NCBI GenBank assembly: GCA_965140445.1
Contig: OZ223236.1
Location: 2,880,001-2,944,000 of the forward strand
Direction: 5' to 3'
Length of the DNA stretch: 64,000 nucleotides
Source: Candidatus Ozemobacteraceae bacterium
GTDB taxonomy: Bacteria > Muiribacteriota > Ozemobacteria > Ozemobacterales > Ozemobacteraceae
Shown here piece after piece: positions 18,497 through 28,259 of the stretch (its first letter is position 1; the number at the start of each line of letters is the position of its first letter). Position numbers and translations under genes: made by a program. Under the pieces are notes generated by a model. The model did not search any database and was not told the DNA's origin. It worked only from the letters and a program-made list of their open reading frames with translations.

Positions 18497-19690
18497 TTAA
18501 TTATTAACTTTGAGACGGAACCAGAATCCTTTGCCGGGAGATTGCATATAAAATTCAGCAGCGACATAGATATTTAAATAGCCGGATGCATTTTGCGGGA
18601 AAAGGTATGGCTTCAGTATGTAACGTCCCTTATTGTCTGCTTTAAGCTCAATTGGTTCTTTAGTTTCAGAGTTCCAAACCGCCAATTTTAAAACCTTAAG
18701 GTCCTTTTTTGATCTGTTTACAGGCTTTAAGGCAAAATTTTCTCCGATTCTGGTAACTTCTATTTTTGGCCGATGTGGGAAAACTAACACGGCTTGAAGA
18801 TATTTAGCTTTAATATACTTGTAAGAAGGGCCACCTTCGACTCTTGTGCCATAATCCTTTGGATGGTCGCCATATGAATCATGGATTATAAAAACCGTTT
18901 CTTCCGGGTTTACTTTTGGTTTGCCATAACCAATGATTACAACACCATGAACTCCTGGCAAGATACTTCTAATGTATTTGTTATACTCTACTTGAGCTAA
19001 CATTGGACCGTGAGAATGTATAACCTGAATGAGTTCCCTGGTGAATTTATCGTTAGATTTCAGTTTCCGTTTGAACCTAAGCCAATTGCTTTCGAAAGGA
19101 TATTTATTTTTGGTGTAAGAATATAGATTTTCATGAAGTATTGGATCATTCAATGTTCCCTCAAATTGATCTGAAAGCAGGCGCGCATATCCAAGATTTG
19201 AGGCAGGAAATGGTTTTTTGTGAACTAGATCTGGTATAGGTACCACCGGGTAATGAATCCAATTCTTTTTCGATCTGTTTAAGTAAACTACTTCAAGTTC
19301 ACGTGGGTTAAAGCCAGATTCTTCGCCGCCATTGTAAAAATTAATGTAAGATTCCTGGGGCCAGCCATATTCTATAGCCCACCAGTCTGCTATTGTTGAT
19401 GCGGCAAAGGACAAACAGGCAAGAACAGGCATAAGTCTGACGTATTTCCATTTATTTTTTTTTATAATGGAATTAACTTCATCAACTCTTTTTTGGGATT
19501 CTTCCTGATTTTTGTGGGGTAGTTTGTCCCAGTTTTTTATTAGAAATACTTCTTCAAAATCAGTTTGAGGATCACAGGCTATACAACCTGGCCCCGTTCT
19601 TTCTGGTAGCCATTCTCCCGTAGCAGATGCCGGATGAAAAGCTAATATTATTAAAACAATAAACAGTTTTGCAAGCCCAGAAATTTTCAT
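18497..19690 (-). CDS. Exported papain-like (C1/C39 clan CA) cysteine peptidase
   Basis: Signal peptide; ACLSFAA (Cys), GP, HGVVIIGYG (His), FIIHDSYG (Asp). Confidence 0.7.
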   Translation of the reverse strand: MKISGLAKLFIVLIILAFHPASATGEWLPERTGPGCIACDPQTDFEEVFLIKNWDKLPHKNQEESQKRVDEVNSIIKKNKWKYVRLMPVLACLSFAASTIADWWAIEYGWPQESYINFYNGGEESGFNPRELEVVYLNRSKKNWIHYPVVPIPDLVHKKPFPASNLGYARLLSDQFEGTLNDPILHENLYSYTKNKYPFESNWLRFKRKLKSNDKFTRELIQVIHSHGPMLAQVEYNKYIRSILPGVHGVVIIGYGKPKVNPEETVFIIHDSYGDHPKDYGTRVEGGPSYKYIKAKYLQAVLVFPHRPKIEVTRIGENFALKPVNRSKKDLKVLKLAVWNSETKEPIELKADNKGRYILKPYLFPQNASGYLNIYVAAEFYMQSPGKGFWFRLKVNN

Positions 19691-19696
19691 CTAATT

Positions 19697-19724
19697 ATTA
19701 TAATAATTTCCTAGAATAGCGCAA
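19697..19724 (-). promoter_or_regulatory. sigma70 promoter, leaderless
   Basis: TTGCGC-N16-TATAAT-6 nt-ATG(19690); no SD. Confidence 0.55.
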
Positions 19725-19927
19725 GACCATATATAAATGAAAAACCGCCTGTAATCGACTTATAAATGCCGATTTTATGGCATTTGGTAATTGATTCTAA
19801 AAAAAATCAGAATTAATGGTGTACTTACTTTTTCAATTTAAGAACCAGGAAGACGGTCTATTATCTTGTTACTATTTAGACCTTAGCTGTTCATAAAAAC
19901 ATTATTTAGTTTAGGGTTTTTCCAAAA

Positions 19928-19956
19928 TTGACTTTAAAAAATCATGATGGTATCGT
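19928..19956 (+). promoter_or_regulatory. sigma70 promoter of the coiled-coil/cyclase operon
   Basis: TTGACT-N17-TATCGT with TGn extension. Confidence 0.6.
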
Positions 19957-20037
19957 ACATATGAGGCGCGCTATTGTGCTTATATTCAAGCTTAGTGCGC
20001 GCAATAAACTACAGATTATTGAGAGGACTGCTTCAAA

Positions 20038-20586
20038 TTGAAAAAGACTGCTGTAACTAAATCTGTAGAAGGAAAAGCTCAAACGGAAATTCGTGATTTG
20101 CAACGAACTATTATAGAGCTACGCAATGAACTTGAGAAAAAAAGCATTCTTACAGAAGAAGCTGTACAGAGTGCAAGACGTGATTCTGCCCAGGAAAATG
20201 CCCAATTAAAAGCAACAATTTGCGAACTTAGAAATGAGCTGGAGCGCTCAAACCTTTTGCGCGAACAAGAAGTGCGCCGAGCCCTTTCCAGTAATCAGGA
20301 TGAAATTTTCCAGTTAAAAGGGCATATTGGCGAGTTGAGGACTGAACTGGAGAATTTTCTAGCTGAAAAAGATGCGGCGGTTCAAAATGCCCGCTCTGCT
20401 TCAGCCTGTGAAATTCAACAGCTTAAAGAGATTATTTGTAAACTTCGTGATGAGCTTGAAAAAGCAAGGTTTGAGAATGAGAATTCAATTCGCCACGGGA
20501 AAATACGAGTTGCTGGAGAAACCACTCAGCTAAAAGAAACCCTTCAGGCGATGAGAATTGAGATGGAAAGGCTAAAATCTAAATAG
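20038..20586 (+). CDS. Coiled-coil protein made of 36-aa repeats
   Basis: GAGAGGA SD before TTG; about 4.6 repeats of ExxQLKxxIxELRxELE at exact 36-aa spacing. Confidence 0.85.
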   Translation: MKKTAVTKSVEGKAQTEIRDLQRTIIELRNELEKKSILTEEAVQSARRDSAQENAQLKATICELRNELERSNLLREQEVRRALSSNQDEIFQLKGHIGELRTELENFLAEKDAAVQNARSASACEIQQLKEIICKLRDELEKARFENENSIRHGKIRVAGETTQLKETLQAMRIEMERLKSK

Positions 20587-20616
20587 GTCCTTATTGTTTC
20601 CAGGAAAGCAGGTAAA

Positions 20617-22935
20617 ATGGAGAAAAAGCGCAAGAAATCAACTACCAAATCCCTAAAGGAAGGTAGTGGAAGTAACTTAACGGCAATAATTAGAGATCAG
20701 AAAAAGCGTCTGGCTGAGGCTGAACTACTTCTTGAAATTTCACATAAAATTTCGGCGATGGATTCGCTGGATTCTGTGCTTAAAATGCTGATCGAGATGG
20801 CTACAACCAAGTTGAATGCTGAGCGAGGATCCATTTTCTTAAATGATTCAGATACAAATGAACTTTATTCAAGGGTTGCAATGGGGAATTTCATGCATGA
20901 GATTCGCATCCTTAATAATAGCGGGATTGCCGGTCATGTTTTTAGTAATGGAACTGGTGTGATTATTCCTGATGCATATTCTGATCCCAGATTTAACCGC
21001 AATGTAGATGAGCGAACTGGCTTTGTAACGCGAAATATCCTTTGTGTTCCAATTAAATCAGCAAAGAATGATGTTGTAGCAGTTGCTCAGATCCTGAACA
21101 AGAAAAAGGGCAATTTTACCCGCAATGATCTCCATTTGTTTGAAGCGATGATGAGGCAGGGAGCTCTATCTCTTCAAAGTCTTCAATTTATTGAGCAGAT
21201 GGAGAGTATTCGAAAACAGGAACTTGAGTTTATTAACGTTGTTTCCGAGATGACTTCTGATATTAAGCTAGGCTCACTTCTCCAGAACGTAATGGCTGAA
21301 GCTACTCGAATGCTCAATGCTGAGCGCTCTACTTTGTTTTTGCACGATGAAAAGACCAATGAGTTGTGGTCTGAGGTAGGGCAGGGCCTTGAATCAACGC
21401 AGATACGTTTCCCTAGTCATGTTGGAATTGCTGGGGCAGTTTTCCAGTCCAGTAGAACCATTAATATCCCGTATGCTTATGCTGATCTTCGTTTTAATCC
21501 ATCTTTTGATCAGAAAACGGGTTTTTTCACCCGCTCAATTCTATGCGTGCCGGTAGTCAACAAGAACGGCAGAACCATTGGGGTTACACAGGTTTTAAAC
21601 AAGCACGGTGGCCCTTTCTCCCATGAAGACGAAGCAAGATTGAGAGCCTTTACTGCTCAGGTTTCTATTGCTCTTGAAAATGCAAAGCTGTTCGCAGATG
21701 TTCAGGCAATGAAAAATTATAATGAAGCCATGCTTGAATCAATGTCCAATGGCCTTATAACTCTTGATGTTGGGGGGAAGATTGCTACCTGTAATGCAGC
21801 CTGTTCGAGAATTCTCAAGATCTCGGCAGATTCCATAATTAATAAAAAAGCGGCTGACTTTTTTTCAGGCGAAAACAATTGGGTTATGGAAAAGCTACAT
21901 CTGGTGTTAGAAACACATGAACAGCAAACCTCTGTCGATGCACCATTAAAAGTTGGCCAGGAAATGCTATCAGTAAATTTGACCGTGCAGTCTTTATTAA
22001 ATATTGATCAGAAAAGAATCGGCACCATGATAATCATTGAAGATATAAGCAATGAAAAACGCTTGAAATCAACGATGTCGCGTTACATGGACCCCGGAAT
22101 TGCTGATCGCCTTCTCGCAACTGGGACGGAGCTACTAGGTGGGTCAAACGTGGAGTGCACGGTTTTATTTTCTGACATTCGTGGCTTCACTACTCTAACA
22201 GAGCAACTCGGCCCGCAAGGAACTGTAACCTTATTAAATGAGTATTTCACTCTAATGGTTGATTGCATTCAACATGAAGATGGAATGCTGGATAAGTTTA
22301 TTGGGGATGCCATTATGGCTGCTTTTGGAATTCCGGTTTCTCATAAAGATGATGCTGATCGGTCGGTGAGAGCGTCTATTTCCATGATTGAAACATTGAA
22401 TAAGTGGAATAAATCAAGAATTGCAGAAGGGAAACTGCCTGTTAATATTGGCGTTGGTTTAAATACTGATACTGTTGTTTCCGGAAATATTGGCTCAACC
22501 AAACGTATGGATTTCACAATAATAGGCGACGGGGTAAATCTTGCTTCCCGCCTTGAATCTGCTTGTAAGCAATATGGAACCAAAATTCTCATAAGCGAAT
22601 TTACCAGAAGAAAGCTAAAAGACACTTACCGGATGCGCGAAATAGACCAGGTAGTGGTTAAGGGTAAAACTAAGCCCGTTTCAATATATGAAATACTTGA
22701 TTATCACACCAGAGAAAGTTTTCCCGGAATCGGGGAGGTTACTGGAATCTTTAAAGATGCGGTTTCAGCTTACCGGGCTAGAAAGTGGGATGTAGCTATT
22801 CGTTTATTTAATGATTGCTTGAAGATTAATCCAAATGATAAACCAAGCCAGTTATATATCGAGCGGGTTAAGTTTCTGAAAGAAAATCCACCACCAAAAG
22901 ACTGGAAAGGTGTTTGGGTAATGGATTGCAAATAA
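20617..22935 (+). CDS. Class III adenylate cyclase, GAF-GAF-PAS-CYC-TPR (CyaB1-like)
   Basis: GAF NK..F..DE motifs; FSDIRGFT, DKFIGDAIMA, FTIIGDGVNLASRLE (K/T ATP-specifying residues). Confidence 0.93.
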   Translation: MEKKRKKSTTKSLKEGSGSNLTAIIRDQKKRLAEAELLLEISHKISAMDSLDSVLKMLIEMATTKLNAERGSIFLNDSDTNELYSRVAMGNFMHEIRILNNSGIAGHVFSNGTGVIIPDAYSDPRFNRNVDERTGFVTRNILCVPIKSAKNDVVAVAQILNKKKGNFTRNDLHLFEAMMRQGALSLQSLQFIEQMESIRKQELEFINVVSEMTSDIKLGSLLQNVMAEATRMLNAERSTLFLHDEKTNELWSEVGQGLESTQIRFPSHVGIAGAVFQSSRTINIPYAYADLRFNPSFDQKTGFFTRSILCVPVVNKNGRTIGVTQVLNKHGGPFSHEDEARLRAFTAQVSIALENAKLFADVQAMKNYNEAMLESMSNGLITLDVGGKIATCNAACSRILKISADSIINKKAADFFSGENNWVMEKLHLVLETHEQQTSVDAPLKVGQEMLSVNLTVQSLLNIDQKRIGTMIIIEDISNEKRLKSTMSRYMDPGIADRLLATGTELLGGSNVECTVLFSDIRGFTTLTEQLGPQGTVTLLNEYFTLMVDCIQHEDGMLDKFIGDAIMAAFGIPVSHKDDADRSVRASISMIETLNKWNKSRIAEGKLPVNIGVGLNTDTVVSGNIGSTKRMDFTIIGDGVNLASRLESACKQYGTKILISEFTRRKLKDTYRMREIDQVVVKGKTKPVSIYEILDYHTRESFPGIGEVTGIFKDAVSAYRARKWDVAIRLFNDCLKINPNDKPSQLYIERVKFLKENPPPKDWKGVWVMDCK

Positions 22936-23011
22936 AACTTATTTATGTTTATTCATGATCAGCCTTGACAACTTTGTTCATAAAAGCGGATTAATGACTT
23001 ATCAAAACCTC

Positions 23012-23812
23012 TTAATTCTGCTGATCTTCATAGTATGAAAAACATTCGCTACACATATTTGTGCCACTCTCACGAGGCAAGCCGCACTTTGGGCAGAAGT
23101 TCGAGTGATTTTCTGAAAAGTCATTTTCTTTAACATCTGGCTCAATATTTGAAAGTTGAATGTCCTCTATTGATTCTAAATCGTTGGTTGAATAAGAAAT
23201 ATTTTTCTGAAAAATAGAAGAGACAAAAATTATTAAGGGAATACTCAAAAATCCTCCAATAAGTGCAATTACTGGGAGTCCAAACCCCATAATTGTAATT
23301 GACCTTGGGGAGCAGCTGACTTCAATCAATAAATTTTGATTTCTGGAATCCTTATAAATTGGATCGAATTGAATAAAATAAGCTCCGGCTTCCAGATCAA
23401 GTGAAAAAGAATCTGGAGTTGGTGTCACGGCTGTTATGAAGCTTTTTGGATTTAAAACTTCGCTAAAAAGCTTTTCACTATTTTCATTTCGAATTGTAAC
23501 GCGAAAATGCTTCATCTTAATGTCTGCAAAGGAGTTGTTTTTTACTTTTTCTACCTGAAGTGGTTTAACTTGAAAATTGTAGTTGCCTGTATCGAGCGCA
23601 TTGATTTTTAATTTGGTTTTATTTACCAATCTAATCTGGATATTGCCTGGAATATTGGCGCTGGAATATGCACCAAGTTCGTTGGAGGAAAATAATAGAA
23701 TTATTCCTAAAGTTAAGCCCAAAAATAGGAATGGAATAGATTTGAAGCGCGTGAAAAAAGTTTTAAAAGGCACTTGAAAGATTCTGGTTAAATATCTGTT
23801 TTTTTTGAGCAT
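23012..23812 (-). CDS. Hypothetical 2-TM protein with C-terminal zinc ribbon
   Basis: Two hydrophobic segments; CPKCG...CSEC. Confidence 0.7.
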   Translation of the reverse strand: MLKKNRYLTRIFQVPFKTFFTRFKSIPFLFLGLTLGIILLFSSNELGAYSSANIPGNIQIRLVNKTKLKINALDTGNYNFQVKPLQVEKVKNNSFADIKMKHFRVTIRNENSEKLFSEVLNPKSFITAVTPTPDSFSLDLEAGAYFIQFDPIYKDSRNQNLLIEVSCSPRSITIMGFGLPVIALIGGFLSIPLIIFVSSIFQKNISYSTNDLESIEDIQLSNIEPDVKENDFSENHSNFCPKCGLPRESGTNMCSECFSYYEDQQN

Positions 23813-23898
23813 TAAGACCTTAAATGTGATTAATATTTATGGGCAGAAAATGGTTTACCAGTCTAATCTGCAATTTCAATAATTACAATTACAACAAG

Positions 23899-24762
23899 TT
23901 AAGATTTACTATTTTTGACATCCGGGTAAAATTTTTCCATACAGCTGTTACAAATGCCATGACTGAATTGAATGTCAGAAGCTTCGCTAATGTATTTCTC
24001 AAGTTGTTTCCATGAGCCTTTATCATCCCTGATGCCTTTGCAATGCATGCAGATGGGAATAATACCTTTCAAAAAAGTAACTTCTTTTTGTGTACTCAGA
24101 AATTCTTTTTCAACTCTTTGCATATTTAATGTTATAAGACCTATGAAAGTAACAATTAGAGATAGAATACATAAAACAAAGGTCATACTATGCAGGCTGG
24201 AAGGGTCCATAAAGCTAATGATTCTGTTATTGCTGATAAGAGTTGCAAAAATTCTGACCACTGAAAAAATGCCAAGGACTAAAAAAGAAAAAATCAGCAA
24301 TCCATTTGGTTTTATTTCTAAGTTTTTTGAATGCTTTAAAACAGTCCAGGCAGAGTAAAAAAGAAAAGCTGAGACAAATATTGAAATGACAACTATCCTT
24401 GAATCTATGCTTGGGTTGAAGTAGGTAAAATAAACAAAGGAAAGTAGATAAAGGCTAAACAATAATAAAAACCATTTACAAGAAACAAATCGCTTCAGGT
24501 AAAAATTCAATCCGTAAGTTATCAGCACAAAGAATAGCAAAACAAAAAGATTTGCTAAGATTACAGTTAAAAAGTCTGAAAAGACACCTCTCATACTGTA
24601 AAGCATCATCCCTGCAGATAGAGAGATAGCCGCAATTGTCCAACATACAAAACCTTTGTAGGTCTTCTGGGTAAGTTTTACATATATCATAATAAGGCTC
24701 ATAGTCATACTGACCAAGCCTAAAACAACCGAAAGGGTTCTAATATCCAGACTGAAAGTCAT
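23899..24762 (-). CDS. 7-TM membrane sensor-like protein with Cys/His-rich C-terminal domain
   Basis: LDIRTL-type 7-TM N-terminus; LKGIIPICMHCKGIRD..W..LEKY..FSHGICNSC tail. Confidence 0.8.
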   Translation of the reverse strand: MTFSLDIRTLSVVLGLVSMTMSLIMIYVKLTQKTYKGFVCWTIAAISLSAGMMLYSMRGVFSDFLTVILANLFVLLFFVLITYGLNFYLKRFVSCKWFLLLFSLYLLSFVYFTYFNPSIDSRIVVISIFVSAFLFYSAWTVLKHSKNLEIKPNGLLIFSFLVLGIFSVVRIFATLISNNRIISFMDPSSLHSMTFVLCILSLIVTFIGLITLNMQRVEKEFLSTQKEVTFLKGIIPICMHCKGIRDDKGSWKQLEKYISEASDIQFSHGICNSCMEKFYPDVKNSKS

Positions 24763-24958
24763 TTTACCGACGATTCCATTCCATTTTTCCAGTTTTAATT
24801 ACACGGTTTATCACAACCAAAAAAAACTACTTTGTATTGTTAATTTAACTATTTTACTCTTTTTACAAAAAATTTGGCACTTTTTTTTGTCTGTGGCAGA
24901 ATCGACTTCTAACCTTTTCTAACTGTAAATATGAGTGGAGATAGTGTATAATTGTGGC

Positions 24959-27142
24959 GTGGAAAACGAATGCATAACTGTAACCATTGATAGAATAGCT
25001 TTTCAGAATGAGCAGAATGGCTATTATATTTTAAAAGCTTCTTCGCGGGAGTATCCTGCGGGGATTACGGTTGTGGGATCTTTTGGGGTTATCCAGCCAG
25101 GTGAAGAAGTTAGGGTGCACGGAACCTGGGCTTGTCATCCGCAATTTGGGATGCAGTTTCAGGCTTTGAGCCATACAGTCTTGAAACCCGCCACATTGGT
25201 TGGCATTGAAAAATATCTTGGATCGGGGATGATAAAGGGAATTGGCCCGGTTACCGCCAAAAAACTGGTTTCAAATTTTGGACTTGAAACACTTGAAGTT
25301 ATTGAGAAGAACCCGGAACGATTAGCTGAGTGCGATGGAATTGGCCCGCACAAGATTGAAAAAATTGTGGGTGGTTGGTTTTTGCAGCGTGCTATTCAGG
25401 ATGTAATGATTTTTTTGCAGGGGCATGGAATTTCACCTGCCTACGCTTCCAGGATCTATAAAAAATTTCAAAAGGATTCAATGAGCAAAGTTTCTGCTAA
25501 TCCTTACATTCTTGCTACTGAGATACCGGGAATTGGCTTTAAAAAGGCGGATAAGATTGCTCAGGAGTTTGGTATAACTGACGCTGATCCCAGACGTTTA
25601 AAGGCTGGGATACTATATGTTTTGGACAATCTCACCAAAGATGGTCATTTGTTTCTTACACTTGATGATTTGCAGATAAAAGCCGCTGAAATTCTTCAAT
25701 TAGATTCTCAATCGGATATTGAGACCTTTGTAAATGAATTAGCGGCTGAAAATAGGCTAATTATCGTAAATTGGGAAGACGATCGCCTTGTTTATCTACC
25801 GTCTTCATATAGGGCAGAGCACAATTCTGTTGAATTACTCGAAAGCTTTCTGGCCGAGCGACCTCAGATTGCCAGAGAAAAACTTCTTGAGGTATTGGAA
25901 GAGGTTTTCAAGAAGCATGGATTAAGATTAACTCCAATTCAGGAACTGGCGGTTGAAAAATCACTGCGAAAAGGTTTGCTGGTTATAACCGGCGGCCCAG
26001 GAACAGGAAAAACCACTACTTTAAAAGCTGTTGTTGCTGCTCATAAGGCTCTTAAAAGAAAAGTCCTTCTGGCAAGTCCTACTGGCAGAGCGGCCAAAAG
26101 GCTTGCAGAAGTTTCTGGATACGAAGCAATGACCATTCACAGATTGCTTGAGTATTCCCCGCAGGAGCACGGCTTTAAAAAAAATGGATCTGACCCGCTT
26201 GATTGCGATACGTTAATTATTGATGAATCCTCCATGATTGATATGCAGCTGTTTTATAGCCTTATAAAAGCTGTTCCCGGTCATGCTGCTTTTATTCTTG
26301 TTGGTGACTCTGATCAGTTGCCTTCAGTTGGGGCAGGCCTGGTTTTAAGAAACCTTATTTTATCAGAGGTAGTGCCAGTGGTTAAGCTTGAAACTGTTTT
26401 CCGGCAGGCAGAAAGTTCAGATATTATAAAAAATGCTCACTTGATTAATTCTGGAAAAATGCCGGAACTGCTGGTTCCCGATGGAAAGAAGAAGACCGAT
26501 TGCTACTTCCTGCATGCAGACGAGAATGAAAAGGTAATTTCTCTGCTAAAGAATGTTGTTAACAAAAGCCTTCCTGCGAGATTCAAATATGATCCAATGA
26601 AAGACATTCAGGTTCTTTCGCCCATGAATCGCGGCCCATTAGGAGCTGGAAATCTAAATGTAGTGCTTCAGGAAGCTTTAAACCCAGCTGCCCCGGACAA
26701 AAATGAACTTTCCCATTTGAACCGGGTTTTTCGCACTGGTGATAAGGTTATTCAGCTTAGAAATAATTATGATCTTGAAGTTTTCAATGGGGACATCGGT
26801 TTTATTAAAGAAGCCAATGATGAGGATCAGGAGCTTATTGTGGAGTTTTCCCAGGGTGAAGTCATATATCAGTCTTCTGATTTACTTGATCTCTCTCTTG
26901 CATACGCCATAACTGTCCATAAGTCTCAGGGAAGTGAGTATCCAGCCGTTGTAATGTTAATTGCTACTCAACATTACATGCTTTTGCAGCGAAACCTTTT
27001 ATATACTGGTCTTACCAGAGCAAGAAAGCATATGGTTATTGTTGGAACCAAGCGAGCAGTAGGTATGGCAGTAACTAATAATAGAGTTAAAAAACGTAAT
27101 ACAATTTTTCGATTATTGATTGCAAAAAAATACGGGTGTTAG
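24959..27142 (+). CDS. recD2: ATP-dependent RecD2 family DNA helicase
   Basis: HPQFG, IKGIGP HhH, TGGPGTGKTT, SPTGRAAKRL, IDESSM, VGDSDQLPSV, AYAITVHKSQGSEY, LLYTGLTRA; start GTG 24959 or 24935. Confidence 0.95.
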   Translation: MENECITVTIDRIAFQNEQNGYYILKASSREYPAGITVVGSFGVIQPGEEVRVHGTWACHPQFGMQFQALSHTVLKPATLVGIEKYLGSGMIKGIGPVTAKKLVSNFGLETLEVIEKNPERLAECDGIGPHKIEKIVGGWFLQRAIQDVMIFLQGHGISPAYASRIYKKFQKDSMSKVSANPYILATEIPGIGFKKADKIAQEFGITDADPRRLKAGILYVLDNLTKDGHLFLTLDDLQIKAAEILQLDSQSDIETFVNELAAENRLIIVNWEDDRLVYLPSSYRAEHNSVELLESFLAERPQIAREKLLEVLEEVFKKHGLRLTPIQELAVEKSLRKGLLVITGGPGTGKTTTLKAVVAAHKALKRKVLLASPTGRAAKRLAEVSGYEAMTIHRLLEYSPQEHGFKKNGSDPLDCDTLIIDESSMIDMQLFYSLIKAVPGHAAFILVGDSDQLPSVGAGLVLRNLILSEVVPVVKLETVFRQAESSDIIKNAHLINSGKMPELLVPDGKKKTDCYFLHADENEKVISLLKNVVNKSLPARFKYDPMKDIQVLSPMNRGPLGAGNLNVVLQEALNPAAPDKNELSHLNRVFRTGDKVIQLRNNYDLEVFNGDIGFIKEANDEDQELIVEFSQGEVIYQSSDLLDLSLAYAITVHKSQGSEYPAVVMLIATQHYMLLQRNLLYTGLTRARKHMVIVGTKRAVGMAVTNNRVKKRNTIFRLLIAKKYGC

Positions 27143-27218
27143 TTGGCAACTTTTGAAAACCCGCAATAATAAAGGAAATCAAATAATGAAAAAAATGAAA
27201 AAAAAGTTTTGGGTGCCC

Positions 27219-27247
27219 TTGACGCTTTTGCAAACCGTCAGTAAACT
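27219..27247 (+). promoter_or_regulatory. sigma70 promoter with an overlapping palindromic operator
   Basis: TTGACG-N17-TAAACT; TGACG-cTTTtgcAAAc-CGTCA dyad at 27220-27240. Confidence 0.6.
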
Positions 27248-27297
27248 TAATATTAAATCCGAAGGTACACAACTCTGATAATCACAGGGGGTTATTT

Positions 27298-28155
27298 ATG
27301 ATTAAGCGAAGAAATATGAGAGTGTTCTTGTGTGTTGTTCTCTCACTATTAATGTTGGTGGACTACGCAGTGTTCACTCCAGCTCCAGCACATGCTCTTG
27401 ATAAAAAGAGTGTTATGATAGGTGCAGGCGTGGGTGCCGTTGGCGGCGCAGCTCTTGCATTAGCAGCTCCAGCCATTGGTGGCGCAATTGCTTCTGCTGG
27501 CGGAATAGCCGGTATTGGAACAGCAATCGTTGGTGGCGTTGCAGCCGTTGCAGGTGGAATCACTGGTGCAGTTGCTGCAGTAGGTGGCGCGATAGGTGCT
27601 GCTTTTGGTGCTATTGGTGGATTCTTTGCAGGAATCTTTGCTAGCCCACTGTTTGTTCCAGCTCTTTTAATCGTTGGTGCTGCAGTTCTTGGTTATGTTC
27701 TTTATAAAAGATACAAAGCTAAAAAATCTGCTTCCGCTCCTGGCGAAAGTGAAGTATTCCCTGGAAGCGAAGAAATCTTCGTAACTCCTGGCGACTACGA
27801 TATGGCTCAGGTTTTCCCTGAAGCTGATGAAGGTGAACCAATCAGTATTTCTGATGACGAAGTATTGGTTATCGGTGGCGAAACAGCATCTGTTGCAGAT
27901 GAAGCACCAAGTGTTTCAATTCCTGCAGCTGCAGCCCCAGTTGAAACAGCAACAACAGAAATTACTTCTGGTGTTCCAACTGCTAACGATTCACTCAAAG
28001 CTGCTCATGACAGATATATCGCTTCTTACCAGAAATATACAAATCTTGTAACCAACAGTGGCGGAGCTGATCCTGAAGATATCAAAAGTGCTCTTTCAGA
28101 ATACAGAACTGCTTACCAGGATTACCAGAACATCAAAATTTCTTCTGGAAACTAA
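27298..28155 (+). CDS. Exported Gly/Ala-rich (glycine-zipper) membrane protein
   Basis: Signal peptide ending APAHA; about 90 aa GxxxG/AxxxG tract; TM followed by KRYKAKK; acidic linker; helical Tyr-rich C-terminus. Confidence 0.8.
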   Translation: MIKRRNMRVFLCVVLSLLMLVDYAVFTPAPAHALDKKSVMIGAGVGAVGGAALALAAPAIGGAIASAGGIAGIGTAIVGGVAAVAGGITGAVAAVGGAIGAAFGAIGGFFAGIFASPLFVPALLIVGAAVLGYVLYKRYKAKKSASAPGESEVFPGSEEIFVTPGDYDMAQVFPEADEGEPISISDDEVLVIGGETASVADEAPSVSIPAAAAPVETATTEITSGVPTANDSLKAAHDRYIASYQKYTNLVTNSGGADPEDIKSALSEYRTAYQDYQNIKISSGN

Positions 28156-28178
28156 TAACCTCCTCTAAGAAATAAAAT

Positions 28179-28209
28179 AAAACCGCACTGGTTAGCCAGT
28201 GCGGTTTTT
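28179..28209. terminator. Bidirectional intrinsic terminator
   Basis: AAAA-CCGCACTGG-TTAG-CCAGTGCGG-TTTTT. Confidence 0.9.
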
Positions 28210-28259
28210 CTATTCAGGAATTGTAGTTAGAGAAGTTTTAATCCAAGGTTCGGGTTTAA

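Noticed and set aside
20584..20586. Pyrrolysine decoding of the in-frame TAG
   Set aside because: No pyl genes or methylamine methyltransferase in the window; TAG is an ordinary stop in several other genes here
24959..27142. RecD2/TraA-like helicase as a mobile-element marker
   Set aside because: Standard chromosomal RecD2 architecture; no integrase, relaxase, transposase or att-like repeats seen
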